Shown: positions 44,793-56,248 of the stretch, piece by piece | Numbering within the stretch: the stretch's first letter is position 1 | Layout of the letters: each line of letters starts with the position of its first letter | Assembly (NCBI GenBank): GCA_963849325.1 | Contig: CAWKHF010000012.1 | Location: 1,216,001-1,280,000, forward strand | Source: an uncultured Planctomycetota bacterium | GTDB taxonomy: Bacteria; Planctomycetota; Planctomycetia; Gemmatales; Gemmataceae | DNA length: 64,000 bases | Direction: 5' to 3' | Made by a program: the position numbers and the translations under genes | The notes under the pieces: model-generated | The model's database searches: none | What the model saw: only the letters and a program-made list of their open reading frames with translations | What the model was told of the DNA's origin: nothing

Positions 44793-45324
44793 TGCCAGCC
44801 TCTATCACTTCCCTGAGATGGCAGGACCGACGAGTAACATGAGGAGACCCTTGTCCTTCTTGACTTTGTGCCTCTTGTACGCGATGCTCGCATCCATCGT
44901 CCAGGTCAAATATTCCGCCCTCCCCAAACACAAACGTCGGAACCCACCGTATTGTTAATGGTCTGGTGCCATTCCGGGGTTTCAGGAGCACCAAGCCTTC
45001 ACCTCTATAACTTTCCTCCCCCTCTTTCCACTTCGCTACAAGTCCCCCTTGCCCGCGCCGCCTACTTCGCTTGGCGCTTCTCCCAGGCGTAAGCTGCTCT
45101 GCACAGTTTGCCATGCCACAGGAATGAATCGGCCATCGAAAGTTGACATCCCCTATTCCTTCATCGTCAATCCCATTCTGGATTATTAGTTACTTCCCTT
45201 TCCCGCGATCCCTTCTGACGTTGACCCCATCGGCGGAGAATGGGTATGAGCGTAGAGGGAACGAAGCGCCTCCGCCCGGGTCGATACTTCGTCCTCTCTT
45301 TCGCCTGTGCAGGAGGTTACGAGC

Positions 45325-45885
45325 ATGATTCGTTCACGAAGCGTTCTGGGGTCTCTGGCCGTCGCGTTGCTGACGAGCGGCGTCGCCCTGGCCGGCTCGG
45401 TCACGTCGGGGCCCCAGCTAGAGGAGAAGGTTCCGGGTCCGTTCGCCCCGCTCAACGTCACCGGGCCGAATGCCGGCGAGAAGTTCTGCCAGTATTGCAA
45501 GAACAAATCGCGCCCGGTCGCCGTCGTCTTCGCCAAACAACTCACCCCCGAAGTGGTGCGGCTGCTCCAGAAGATCGATTACGCCACGGCGAAGAATGCG
45601 GAGCGGAGCCTGGGCAGCTATGCGGTCTTTTGCAGCGATTCCGAGGGACTGGGCAAGCAGCTCCAGGACGTCGCCCGGCAGGCGCAGATCCAGCAGACCA
45701 TCCTGACCCTGTACAAGGCCGGCGGACCGGAACGCTACCACCTGTCTGCGGAAGCGGACGTCACCGTCCTGCTCTACACCAACTTTACCGTCAAGGCCAA
45801 CCACGCCTTCAAGGCCGGCGAACTGACGGAGGCCGCGACCGACGCCATCCTCGCCGATCTCGCCAAGATGCTGTCAGACAACTAA
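45325..45885 (+). CDS. Exported thioredoxin-like-fold protein with a CxxC motif
   Basis: AGGAGG RBS; signal peptide ending ALA; CQYC followed by RPVAVVFAK. Confidence 0.7.
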   Translation: MIRSRSVLGSLAVALLTSGVALAGSVTSGPQLEEKVPGPFAPLNVTGPNAGEKFCQYCKNKSRPVAVVFAKQLTPEVVRLLQKIDYATAKNAERSLGSYAVFCSDSEGLGKQLQDVARQAQIQQTILTLYKAGGPERYHLSAEADVTVLLYTNFTVKANHAFKAGELTEAATDAILADLAKMLSDN

Positions 45886-45912
45886 CGGGCCGTCTGACAA
45901 CGGATATCTTGT

Positions 45913-45973
45913 TTCGCCGCGACGCGCAGCGGAGCGCGGGAGAGTCCCGCGCTCCGCTGCGCGTCGCGGCGAA
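45913..45973. repeat. REP-like palindrome, GCAGCGGAGCGCG family (copy 3)
   Basis: TTCGCCGCGACGCGCAGCGGAGCGCGGGA-GAG-TCCCGCGCTCCGCTGCGCGTCGCGGCGAA. Confidence 0.92.
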
Positions 45974-46008
45974 TCGAAATGATTCCCGAACCAGTCAGGG
46001 AGAAGGAC

Positions 46009-47540
46009 ATGGTCGCCGCGCGCGGCATCCTGCTGACCGGGGCGACGGGCTTGCTCGGCCGCTACCTTCTGCGCGACCTGCTGGCCCGTGGCCGCCGAGT
46101 CGGCGTCCTGGTCCGCGATAGCGGCGACAAGAGTGCGGCGGATCGCCTCGCGGAACTCGTCGCCTTCGGCAGCGAAACGCTCGGCCGTACCCTGCCGCGG
46201 CCGGTGCTGCTCCACGGCGACCTGACGGCGCCGGGTCTGGGCCTGGGAACGGCGGAGCGGCGCTGGCTGGCACGACAGGCGGAGTCCGTGGTGCATTCGG
46301 CCGCCTACGTCTGCTATCAGCCGAGACCGGACGGCGAGCCGTGGCAGACGAATGTCCACGGCACGCGCCGCTTGCTGGAGCTATGCCGATCCCTGGGATT
46401 GAACGAGGTCCATCATCTGTCCACGGCCTTCGTCTGCGGCGATCGTCGCGGGGTCGTCCAGGAGGACGAGTTGGATTGTGGCGGAGGCGGCGGCAACGCC
46501 TACGAGCAGAGCAAGTTCGCCGCCGAGCAGATGATTCGCGGCTTCGACGGCATTCGCGCGACGATCTACCGCCCCTCGGTCGTCGTCGGCGACAGCCGCA
46601 CCGGCTACACAAGCACTTACCACCACTTCTATCGCTTTCTGGAGTTGGCGGTTCGCCTCTCGTCCGGCCCGGCCGGCGAGAGAGGCTCCCGGCCGCGCCG
46701 GCATCGTCTGCCGCTGCGTCTGCCCTTGACCGGCGAGGAAACACAAAACCTCGTGCCCGTGGACTGGGTCTCGCAGGCGCTGGTCGAGTTACTGCACCGT
46801 CCACGCTGGCACGGCCGCACGTATCATCTCACGGCCCGCCAGTCGGTGCGCCTGCAGGAGATCAAGGCCATCATCGAGGACCTGTTGCACCTCGAAGGCC
46901 TTCAATGGGTCGGCCGCACGGGGCTGACCAGCCCCACCTCCCTCGAACATCTCGTCCAGGAGCAATTTCGGGATTACTGGTCGTATCTGCACAGAGGCCT
47001 CGTCTTCGACTGCCGCAACACGCGCGAGGCGCTGCCGGACCTGCCGCCGCCGCCGTTCGACCGCGACCTGGTGGTTCGGCTGCTACGCTTCGCGCGGGAG
47101 GACGGCTGGGGGCGCGAGCGAAGCCGTAGCGGGCTGACGCGGACTCCAGACCTCGGGCGTTATCTGGAGGAGATCTTGCCCGGACAGATCCAGCAGTCGA
47201 CGATCGCATCGGCCCTGCCGCGCGGGCTGCAATTTGCTCTCGACATCCGCGGCCCCGGCGGAGGACAATGGGCCTGCCACTGCGGTGATCGAACGCTCGC
47301 GGTGCGGCAAGGACCTGACCCCGGCGCCGCCCTGACCTTCCGCATGGATGTGCCTACCTTCGACAGCCTCCTCAGCGGCCGGCAAACGGCGCAGAAAGCC
47401 TTCTTCGACGGACGGATCGAGATGGATGGCGACATGGAGAAAGCCCTCAAACTGGCCATGCTCATCGAGCAATTCCTCGCCCAACGACCGGAGCACCCCT
47501 ACAGCAAACAGAGAGGCTACATGCCGTTGGCGGACGCTAG
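46009..47540 (+). CDS. Extended SDR thioester/acyl-CoA reductase fused to an SCP2 lipid-binding domain (reads in-frame into the hydrolase as assembled)
   Basis: LTGATGLLG, NVHGT, LSTAFVCG, YEQSK, YRPSVVVGDSRTG; C-terminal FDSLLSGRQTAQKAFFDGRIEMDGDMEKALKL is SCP2-like. Confidence 0.8.
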
Positions 47541-48228
47541 AAGCACGGTGATCGAAGGGGTCCAGTTCCCCGCCGGTGCGCACCTGCTGGAAGGCGAACT
47601 GGCCTACCCCGAAGAGACGGACGGTCTTCTCGGCGGCGTCGTCCTCGCCGGCTCGCATCCGCTGCTGGGCGGCAACATGCACAACAATGTTGTGCGCGGC
47701 CTCGGCGACGGCCTGGCCGAGCGCGGCCTGGCGACGCTGCGCTTCAATTACCGAGGCGTCGGCCGCAGTGAGGGACCGTCGGTCGATGTGGCCCGGCACA
47801 TGGCCGAGTTCTGGGAGACGTCCCATGTCGCCGGTGAGATGGACCTGTGGCGGGACGTGCAGGGGGCCGTCGATTTCCTCTGTCCCCTCACCGGGGCGGG
47901 GCGGCCGCTGGTCCTGATCGGCTACAGCTTCGGCTGCGCCTTGCTGCCGTCGGTTCGCCCGTCCGAGCCGCCCGCTGCCCTGGTGCTCATCGCCCCTCCC
48001 CTGGGCAAGCACGATTATTCGGAGTTTGAAAAGGTTAAAAGTCCATTGTTGGTGATCGTGTCGGAGGGGGATTTCACTCTGGAGCCGGCACGCCTGCGGC
48101 GGTGGTTCGACCGGCTCGCGGCGGAAAAGGAACTGGTGCAGGCGCCACGGGACAATCACTTTTTCCGCGGCCATGAGCCGTGGCTGGTGGACACCGTGTC
48201 CGCCTTCCTGAAGGAACACCTGCCATGA
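47521..48228 (+). CDS. Alpha/beta hydrolase
   Basis: HPLLGGNMHNNVV, RFNYRGVGRSEG, nucleophile GYSFG, EGDF, NHFF; AGAGG RBS before ATG 47521. Confidence 0.82.
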   Translation: MPLADARSTVIEGVQFPAGAHLLEGELAYPEETDGLLGGVVLAGSHPLLGGNMHNNVVRGLGDGLAERGLATLRFNYRGVGRSEGPSVDVARHMAEFWETSHVAGEMDLWRDVQGAVDFLCPLTGAGRPLVLIGYSFGCALLPSVRPSEPPAALVLIAPPLGKHDYSEFEKVKSPLLVIVSEGDFTLEPARLRRWFDRLAAEKELVQAPRDNHFFRGHEPWLVDTVSAFLKEHLP

Positions 48229-49359
48229 CCTCCCGCACGCTGTCCCGAGAAAAGACCCCTTGTCCTCCGGCGATCTCCGGCCGCGACGGGCGGCTGCGCG
48301 AAGTGCTGGCGCTGCACTTCCATCCCGAATACGGCAGCGAATACTGGCTGCAACGTCAGGAACGGCTGGGCTGGGATGTGTGCGACCGAGTGCGCACGCT
48401 CGACGACCTGTGGCTGCTCGGCCCCACCCCGGCGGCCGACCTGCGGCGATCCCCTTTGCGGGCGTTCATTCCGCGTGCCTTTCATCGGCAGCTGCCGCGC
48501 TTCGTGATCGGCGAGACCGCCGGCACCAGCGGCGCGCCGCTGGCCACGGCCTACCGTGAGGATGAGTTCCAGGCCGCCTTCGTCACGCCGTTCCTGCGCG
48601 TGGCCGAGGCGACGGGATTCCCGCGCGGCGAGCCTTGGCTGTGGGTTGGTCCTTCCGGCCCGCACATCATCGGCAAGGTGGTCCGCGAGCTGGCCCGGCA
48701 GAGCGGCAGCATGGACCCCTTCAGCGTCGATTTCGACCCGCGCTGGGCGAAGAAACTGGCCGACGGATCGCTGGCCCGCCGGCGCTATCTCGATCACGTC
48801 ACGAGCCAGGCGCTGGACGTGCTGCGACGCGAGGACGTCGGTGTGCTGTTCACCACGCCGCCGGCCTTGGCGGCGCTGGCGGAGCAACTGACGGATCACG
48901 CAGCGCGAGGCGATTCACGGCATCCATTACGGCGGCATGAGCCTGACGCCGGAGACGGTCAACGACTTCCGGGCCGCCTTTCCCCAGGCGGTGCATCTGG
49001 CCGGCTACGGCAATACGCTCTTCGGCGTCGTCATGGAAGTGGCTGACGCGCCACGGCAGGACATCGATTACTTCCCGCTGGACGAGCGTGTCCGGTTCCA
49101 CGTCGTGGAATGGTCCGACGATGAGGAGGAGACGCTTCGCGCATGGCCGCCGCGCCGGCGCGAGCGGGGCCAGAGCGGGCGCGTGCTGTTCCATCGCCTC
49201 GACGAGAGCTGCCTGCTGGTGGGCGTGGTGGAGCGCGACGAGGCGGAGCGCATCGCTCCGAGCGCGGCGGCGCGGCCGCTGGGTTGTACCGCCGACGGCT
49301 TACGCAATCCACGGCCGCCGGCCCCACTGGCCGGCCGACTGCAACTGGGGCTGTATTGA
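48225..49359 (+). CDS. EhpF-like (PaaK/ANL-related) adenylate-forming enzyme (frameshift near 48900)
   Basis: HFHPEYGSEYW, P-loop ETAGTSGAP, GPSGPH, VDFDPRWAKKL, LFTTPP, GYGNTLFG, ERDEA resemble the EhpF phenazine-modifying family; ATGA overlap with the hydrolase. Confidence 0.7.
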
Positions 49360-49360
49360 C

Positions 49361-49422
49361 AATCGATTGCCCAATCCGCTTGCGGCTTAGCGCTAAGCCG
49401 CAAGCGGATTGGGCAATCGATT
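49361..49422. repeat. Perfect 62-bp palindrome with no spacer
   Basis: AATCGATTGCCCAATCCGCTTGCGGCTTAGC followed immediately by its exact reverse complement. Confidence 0.97.
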
Positions 49423-49439
49423 CGGTCAAGGAGGACCGC

Positions 49440-50312
49440 ATGGAAGCGCTGAAGCGGCTGCGCATCGCCTACACGCCCGACAGCGACGACGCCTTCTACT
49501 ACGACGCCCTGGAGACCGGCCGTGTGACGCTGCCCGGCTACGATCCGGCATTCGATCGTCAACCGATGAGCGTCCTCAACCGCTCGGCCCTGCACGGTCT
49601 GTACGAAGTGACCGCCATTTCCTCTGTTGTTTATCCGCAAATTGCTCGCCGCTATGCGATCCTGAGCGTGGGCACCAGCGTCGGCCGCGGTTACGGGCCG
49701 GTGCTGGTCAGCCGTGAGCCGCGCACCCTGGGCGAGCTGGCCGGGCGACCCGTCGGCGTCGGCGGCATCCCGACGACCGGCTGGTTTTTGCTTCGCTGTC
49801 TCTGCCCCGAGGCGGTGCCGATCGAGATGCCGTTCGACCGCATCGCCGACGCCGTCGCCGCCGGCGAGCTGGACGCCGGCGTGATGATCCACGAGGAGCT
49901 GCTGTACTATCCCCGGCTCGGTTTGCACCGCGTCCTGGACCTCGGAGCGGAGTGGTGCCGGCGCCACGGTTTGCCGCTGCCGGTCGGACTCAACGTCATC
50001 CGCCGCGACCTCGGCCTGCCGGCCATGCAGCGCATCTGCGCCGCGATCCGCCGCAGCCTGCGTCACGGCCTCGAACATCGCCGCGAGGCGCTCGCGCGCG
50101 TCCGCCGCTTTGGCCGCGGCGCGGAAGGCGGATGCACCGAGCGTTTCGTGGCGATGTTCGCCAACGAGGACTCGGTGCACATGCCCGACGATGTGCGCAT
50201 GGGTCTGCGGGTGCTGCTGGCCCAGGTCGCCGACCTGGGCGTCAGCGCCGGAGTGCCGGACCTCGACATCATCGAAGGCGCATCGCCGGTCCTGACGCCG
50301 CAGGCCGCCTGA
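49440..50312 (+). CDS. MqnA/MqnD-family protein (MqnD-like)
   Basis: IAYTPDSDDAF, LNRSAL..YEVTAIS, SVGRGYGPVLV, MPFDRI, AGVMIHE, DLGAEW, LPLPVGLNVIRRDL. Confidence 0.82.
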   Translation: MEALKRLRIAYTPDSDDAFYYDALETGRVTLPGYDPAFDRQPMSVLNRSALHGLYEVTAISSVVYPQIARRYAILSVGTSVGRGYGPVLVSREPRTLGELAGRPVGVGGIPTTGWFLLRCLCPEAVPIEMPFDRIADAVAAGELDAGVMIHEELLYYPRLGLHRVLDLGAEWCRRHGLPLPVGLNVIRRDLGLPAMQRICAAIRRSLRHGLEHRREALARVRRFGRGAEGGCTERFVAMFANEDSVHMPDDVRMGLRVLLAQVADLGVSAGVPDLDIIEGASPVLTPQAA

Positions 50313-50334
50313 CTCAACCCCGGAGAGGACAAGC

Positions 50335-51576
50335 ATGGACCGTGCGCAACAATTGCTCGCCGCCAAGCGGGACTTCCTGGTTCCCTGCGTCTATCACTTC
50401 TACCAGCGGCCGCCCGTGCTGGTGCGCGGCGAGGGCGTCTACCTGTTCGACGCCGAGGGGCGGCGCTACCTCGACTGCTACTGCGGCGTCACCGTCGTCA
50501 GCGCCGGCCACTCCAATCCCGAGATCCTGGAAGCGGCCATCGAGCAACTCCGCCGGTTGCAGCACACGACGACCATCTACCTGACCGAGCCGATGCTCGA
50601 GCTGGCCCGCGCCATCGCGGAACTGGCCCCGGCCGCCGCTGCGGCGCAGCTTCTTCTGCGCCAGCGGCAGCGAGGCCAACGAGGGCGCCCTGCTGCTGGC
50701 CGCGCTGGCCACCGGCCGGCGCGAGTGCGTCTACCTGCGCGAGGGGCTGCACGGCCGGACCAAGTGGGCGATGAGCGTCACCGGCCTGGACCTGTGGCGC
50801 ACCGACCCCGATCCGCTGCTGACGGCCCACGCCGTGCCGGGGCCGCGCCATCCCGATAGCCTGCTCCGCCGTCGAGCGCCTGCTGCGGCGAGAGACGATC
50901 GCCGCCGTCATCGCCGAGCCGATCCAGGGCAACGGCGGCATCGTCGTGCCGCCGGACCACTACTGGCCGGAGCTGCGCCGACTGTGCAGCCAGTACGGGA
51001 CACTGCTGATCGCCGACGAGGTTCAGACGGCGTGGAACCGCACCGGCCGTTGGTTCGCCACCGAGCACTGGCAGCGTCGTGCCCGACATCGTGACGGTGG
51101 CCAAGGCGCTGGGCAACGGCTTCCCCATCGCCGCCTACCTGACCAGCGACGCCATCGCCGCCCACTACACGCGGCCGGGCGCGGCGACGTTCGGCGGCAA
51201 CCTGGTGTCCTGCCGCGCCGCCCTGGCCACGCTGCGCTTCCACCAGCGCCACCAGCTGGGCCGCCGCAGCGAGACGCTCGGCGCGCACCTGGCGGAGACG
51301 GCTGCGGCGAGTTGCAGCAGCGTCACCCGGCCATCGCCGAGGTGCGCGGCCGCGGGCTGATGATCGGCGTCGAGCTGCACGGCGCCCGATGGCAGCCCGG
51401 CGGCCGCGCTGACCGATACCGTCCTGGAAGGCATGAAGGACGCCGGCTACCTGATCGGCAAGACCGGACCCGGCCGCAACGTGCTGACGTTCTTGCCGCC
51501 GTTGATCGTCGAGGCGAGCGAGCTGGACGGATTGGTCGATGCGCTCGATCGCGTGCTGACGAGCGAAAAAGCCTGA
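50335..51576 (+). CDS. Class III PLP aminotransferase (AGXT2/GabT-like; several frameshifts)
   Basis: [70 protein letters not shown]. Confidence 0.9.
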
Positions 51577-51594
51577 ACGGGGAGGAGTCGTGCC

Positions 51595-52710
51595 ATGTCC
51601 TGCGCCGCGTCCGCTCCTGGTGCTGGTTCGCCCTCGCTCTGCCCCTGGCCGTGGGCCTGACCGCGGTCGGCTGCAAGGCCATCTCCAACCGCCTGACCCA
51701 CTGGAAGATGCTCGGCCAGGAAGCCCTCGAAGACCCCATCAAGGCCGTCGGCGGCGACGGCATCGTCTTCGCCCCGCGCCGCGAAGGACCGGCCGCTGAG
51801 CCGCCAGCAACTCGCCGCCGCCACGCCGGAGATGCTGGCCGATTACTACGCCCCCATCTTCGTGCAGCAGCGCGTCAACTCGCAGGCGCTGAAGCACCCC
51901 TATCCGCCCGAGTACGACATGATCGGCCAGGCCCACCTGCGCCACGACGACAAGGGCAAGCTCAAAGCCTATGTCGCCGGCAGCCCAAGGTCTACGCCAT
52001 CTTCAAGCAGCAGGCCATCGACGGGCCATCCGCACGTGCAGATCACCTACACGGCCTGGTATCCCGCCCACCCGCGCATGAAGAACTTCGACGTGGAAGA
52101 GGCGGACATCGATAGCTGCGTGGTCCGCGTCACGCTCGACGCCGACAACGCTCCGCTGTTCTACGAGACCATCGCCGCCTGCGGCTGCTTCCACAAGGTC
52201 TTCGTCGAGAAGCACATCGAGGACGCGGCCCGGCAGACGCTTCGGCGCGCCGGAGAAGGGCAAGAAATTCTGCGTGGCCAGGACGCTCAAGGACGACATC
52301 GACTGGGAGGTGGCCGGCATCGTGGACGAGCCGCGCGACGCAGCCGCGCCGGCCGGTGGTGTTCCTCAAGGCCGGCGAACACAAGGTCTTCGGCCTGGGC
52401 AGCGCCGCCCGCCTGCGCGTGCCGCCGCAGGCGAAGACGCACCCCTACGACATGGTTCCCTACTCGGACCTGTACCGCGTGGCCGTGGACGGCGGCGGGC
52501 AGCCGGCGCCGTTCTTCGACCTGGGCAACGGCGGCAAGGTCTACGGCGCCGAGCGCAAGAAGGAGCGTTTCCTGATGTCGTTCGCCGGCGTGGACAGCGC
52601 CGGCCAGCCGCGCGCCGACGACCAGATCAAGATGCACTTCGATCAGAGCACCTGGGGCGATCCGACGATTTACAGGCAAATACCTGCGTCTGCCGCCCGG
52701 AACGCTGTGA
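51595..52710 (+). CDS. Hypothetical lipoprotein (frameshifted; start approximate)
   Basis: GGAGG RBS; signal RRVRSWCWFALALPLAVGLTAVG-C; YYAPIFVQ, TYTAWYP, RVTLD..PLFYETIAACGCFH; ends YLRLPPGTL-TGA. Confidence 0.6.
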
Positions 52711-52740
52711 GGACAGACGGCCTGCGGAAGAGGAGTGGTC

Positions 52741-53612
<872 letters not shown>

Positions 53613-53616
<4 letters not shown>

Positions 53617-56127
53617 ACCTCTGGACCTACAACGTCCGCGAGATCCAGCGCCGGCCCGGCCGAATGCTGCTGACGCTTCTCGGCATCTCGCTGGGGCTGG
53701 CCACCGTCGTCGCCACGCGGCTGACCATCCGCACGGTCGATCGGGCCTATCGCGAACTTGTTCGAGGGCGTCGCCGGGCGGGCCTCGCTGGAGGTGACGG
53801 CGAAGGGACAAGGCGGCTTCGACGCCGCCTTCGCGTCGGGCCTGGAATCGGTGCCCGGCGTCAAGGCCGTGGTGCCGCGCATTCAGAGCGCGGCCGCCCT
53901 GGTGGGCGCCTCCGGCAGCGTGGCCGTTCCGGTACTGGGGATCGACCCGCGCGGCGCGGCCGTCGCCGACTGGCCGCTGCGCGACGGCCGTCCGCTCGCC
54001 GGAGACGACGACGCCCTGCTCGATCCGGGCCTGGCGGAATCCCTGCGTTTGACGCCCGGCCAAACGATGGAGCTGTGGGCGCCGGCGGGGCCGGCACACC
54101 TCCATCTGTCGGGCATTCTTCAGCCGCGCGGGGCCAGCGCGGTCACGGGCGGCCAGATGATCGTCTCCCTCGCCTGCGCCAGCGATCTGTTTGAGCTGCC
54201 TCGGCGTGTCAACGGCATCCAGGTGCTTCTCGCGGACGATGCCGATGCCGCTGTCGTGCAAGCGGAGATCGCAACGCCGTTTGCCGGCGGGTCTGGTCGT
54301 GCAGCCGCCGGGGATGCGCGGCGAGATGGCCCGCGCCACCCTGCTTGCCGCCGAGCAGGGGCTGTCGTCGCTCAGCCTCGTCGCCCTCATCGCCGCCACC
54401 TTCGTCATCCTCAACACCTTCCTGCTCAACCTCGGCGAGCGTCGCAAGCAGGTGGCCATCCTGCGATCGCTCGGCGCCAGTCGAGTGCAGGTGCTGCATC
54501 TGCTACTGCGCGAGACGCTCGCGCTCGGTTTGGTCGGCACGCGTGGCGGGCTGCGGCGCCGGTGTGGCCCTGGCCGTGGGCCTGAACTATGCGATGCAGC
54601 AGTTCCTCGGCATCGCCCTGCCCGCGCCTGCGACTGAGTGCGGGGCCGTTCCTCCTCGCCGCCCTGTTGGGGCCGGGTACGTCGCTGGCCGCCGCCGGCC
54701 TGCCCGCCTGGCGCGCCAGTCGCCGGCCGCCGCTGGCGGAACTGCTGCCCGGACAGGCCCACAGCGAGGAGATGCTGCCGCGATCGCTCTGGCAGCTCGG
54801 CGTGCTCCTGCTCGCCGTGGGACTGGGATTACAAATCGGCCTGTGGACACGGCTGGATTCTCCGAGGCGGCCGGACGGGTACTCCTGGCCCCCGCCCTCG
54901 CGCTTCTCCTGGTCGGAGGCGTCCTGGCGCTGCCGCTGGTGGTCGATCCGCTGGTGAGCCTGGCTGGCGTCTTGCCGCTGGGCCTGGAGGGAAAGCTGGC
55001 CGCGCAGCAGCTGGCGCGGCATCGCGGCCGGACGAGCCTGACCAGCGGCGTTCTCTTCCTCGCCCTGGTCGTGGCCATCGCCTTCGGCCAATCGCTGCGG
55101 ACGACGCTCGCGCGATCTGCGGCACTGGTACGGACAGACCATCGTCGCCGATTTCCTGGTCCGCGGCGCCATGCCGGACACGTCGTTTCTGCTGGCGCCG
55201 GCGTTACCCGAGGCGCTCGGCGAGGAGATTCGCCCGCTGCGGCGATGGGGTCGCGGTGGATCGCATCGCCTTCGTGCCGGCGGAGATCGAGGACCGGCCG
55301 GTCCTCGTCCTGGCCCGGACCTTCGCGGCCGACCGCTCCCTGCCGCTCGATCTGCAGGAGGGAGACGAAGCGAGTGTTCGGCGCGGACTGCTGGCCGGCG
55401 AGGCCGTCCTGGGGACCGGACTGGCGCAACGACTGGGGCTGCACCAGGGAGGTGTCCTGAAGCTGACGACGGTGCAGGGCGTCCGCGAGGTGCGCATCGC
55501 GGGGACCGCCGTGGAATATGCCAGCGGCGGCCTGGCCCTGTACCTGGAGTGGGAGACGGCCCGCCGTCTCCTCGACGTGCCCGGCGTCCACGTCTTCCTG
55601 GTCAGTGGCAAGACGGGCGGAGTGCCCGCGCTGGCCCCCGCCCTGCATGGCTTCTGCGAACGGCATCACTTGCTGCTGCAATCCAACGCCGACCTTCGCG
55701 CCTTGATCGATGCCATGCTGGGCCGCGTCACCGGCGTCCTCTGGGGACTGATGGCGCTGGCTTTCGCCGTGGCGTCGTTGGGGATCATCAACACGTTGAC
55801 CATGAACGTCCACGATCAGACGCGCGCGTTCGGCGTGCTGCGCGCCTGGGCCTGAAGCGCGGCCAGGTGGGCAAGATCGTCGTGACGCAAGCCGTGCTGC
55901 TGGCCGGCATCAGCCTCTTGCCTGGCGCGCTGGCCGGCATCGCCCTGGCCTATGCGATCCATCGCGCGGGTGCCGCCTGGGCGGGACCGCAGGCGGCCTT
56001 CCGGGTCGACGGCGTGCTGGTCGTCGGAGCGTGTGGGCTGTCGGTGGTCATGGCGGTGCTGGCTTCCCTGGCGCCGGCGCGGCGGGCTGTCAGGCATTCG
56101 GTGGCGCAGTCGCTGCACCACGGTTGA
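53613..56127 (+). CDS. FtsX/MacB-type ABC permease with duplicated architecture (frameshifted)
   Basis: RRPGRMLLTLLGISLG, FVILNTFLLNLGERRKQVAILRSLGA, RHRGRTSLT, LGIINTLTMNVHDQTRAFGVLRA. Confidence 0.85.
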
Positions 56128-56248
56128 AGAGAAAAGGGATCAGTGTTCTATTTGGACACAAAATATCCTTTATACCTTTCCTTTTCCAGCTTGACGTGCC
56201 GCAAGGTTTGTGGAGACTCGCCGAATGGGCCAAACGCTTCCGCGAGCG

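Noticed and set aside
45085-45120. GGCAAAC on the minus strand as a c-di-GMP-I riboswitch or sigma54 promoter
   Set aside because: Lacks the GNRA stem and downstream GCAAA; GG-N10-GC spacing is not met
49143-49439. N-terminal extension of the MqnD-like ORF through the palindrome
   Set aside because: Overlaps the upstream gene; a strong AAGGAGG RBS supports ATG 49440
48225-50312. Calling this a phenazine or menaquinone biosynthesis cluster
   Set aside because: Core phz and mqnA/B/C/E genes are absent from the window; only family-level similarity is supported
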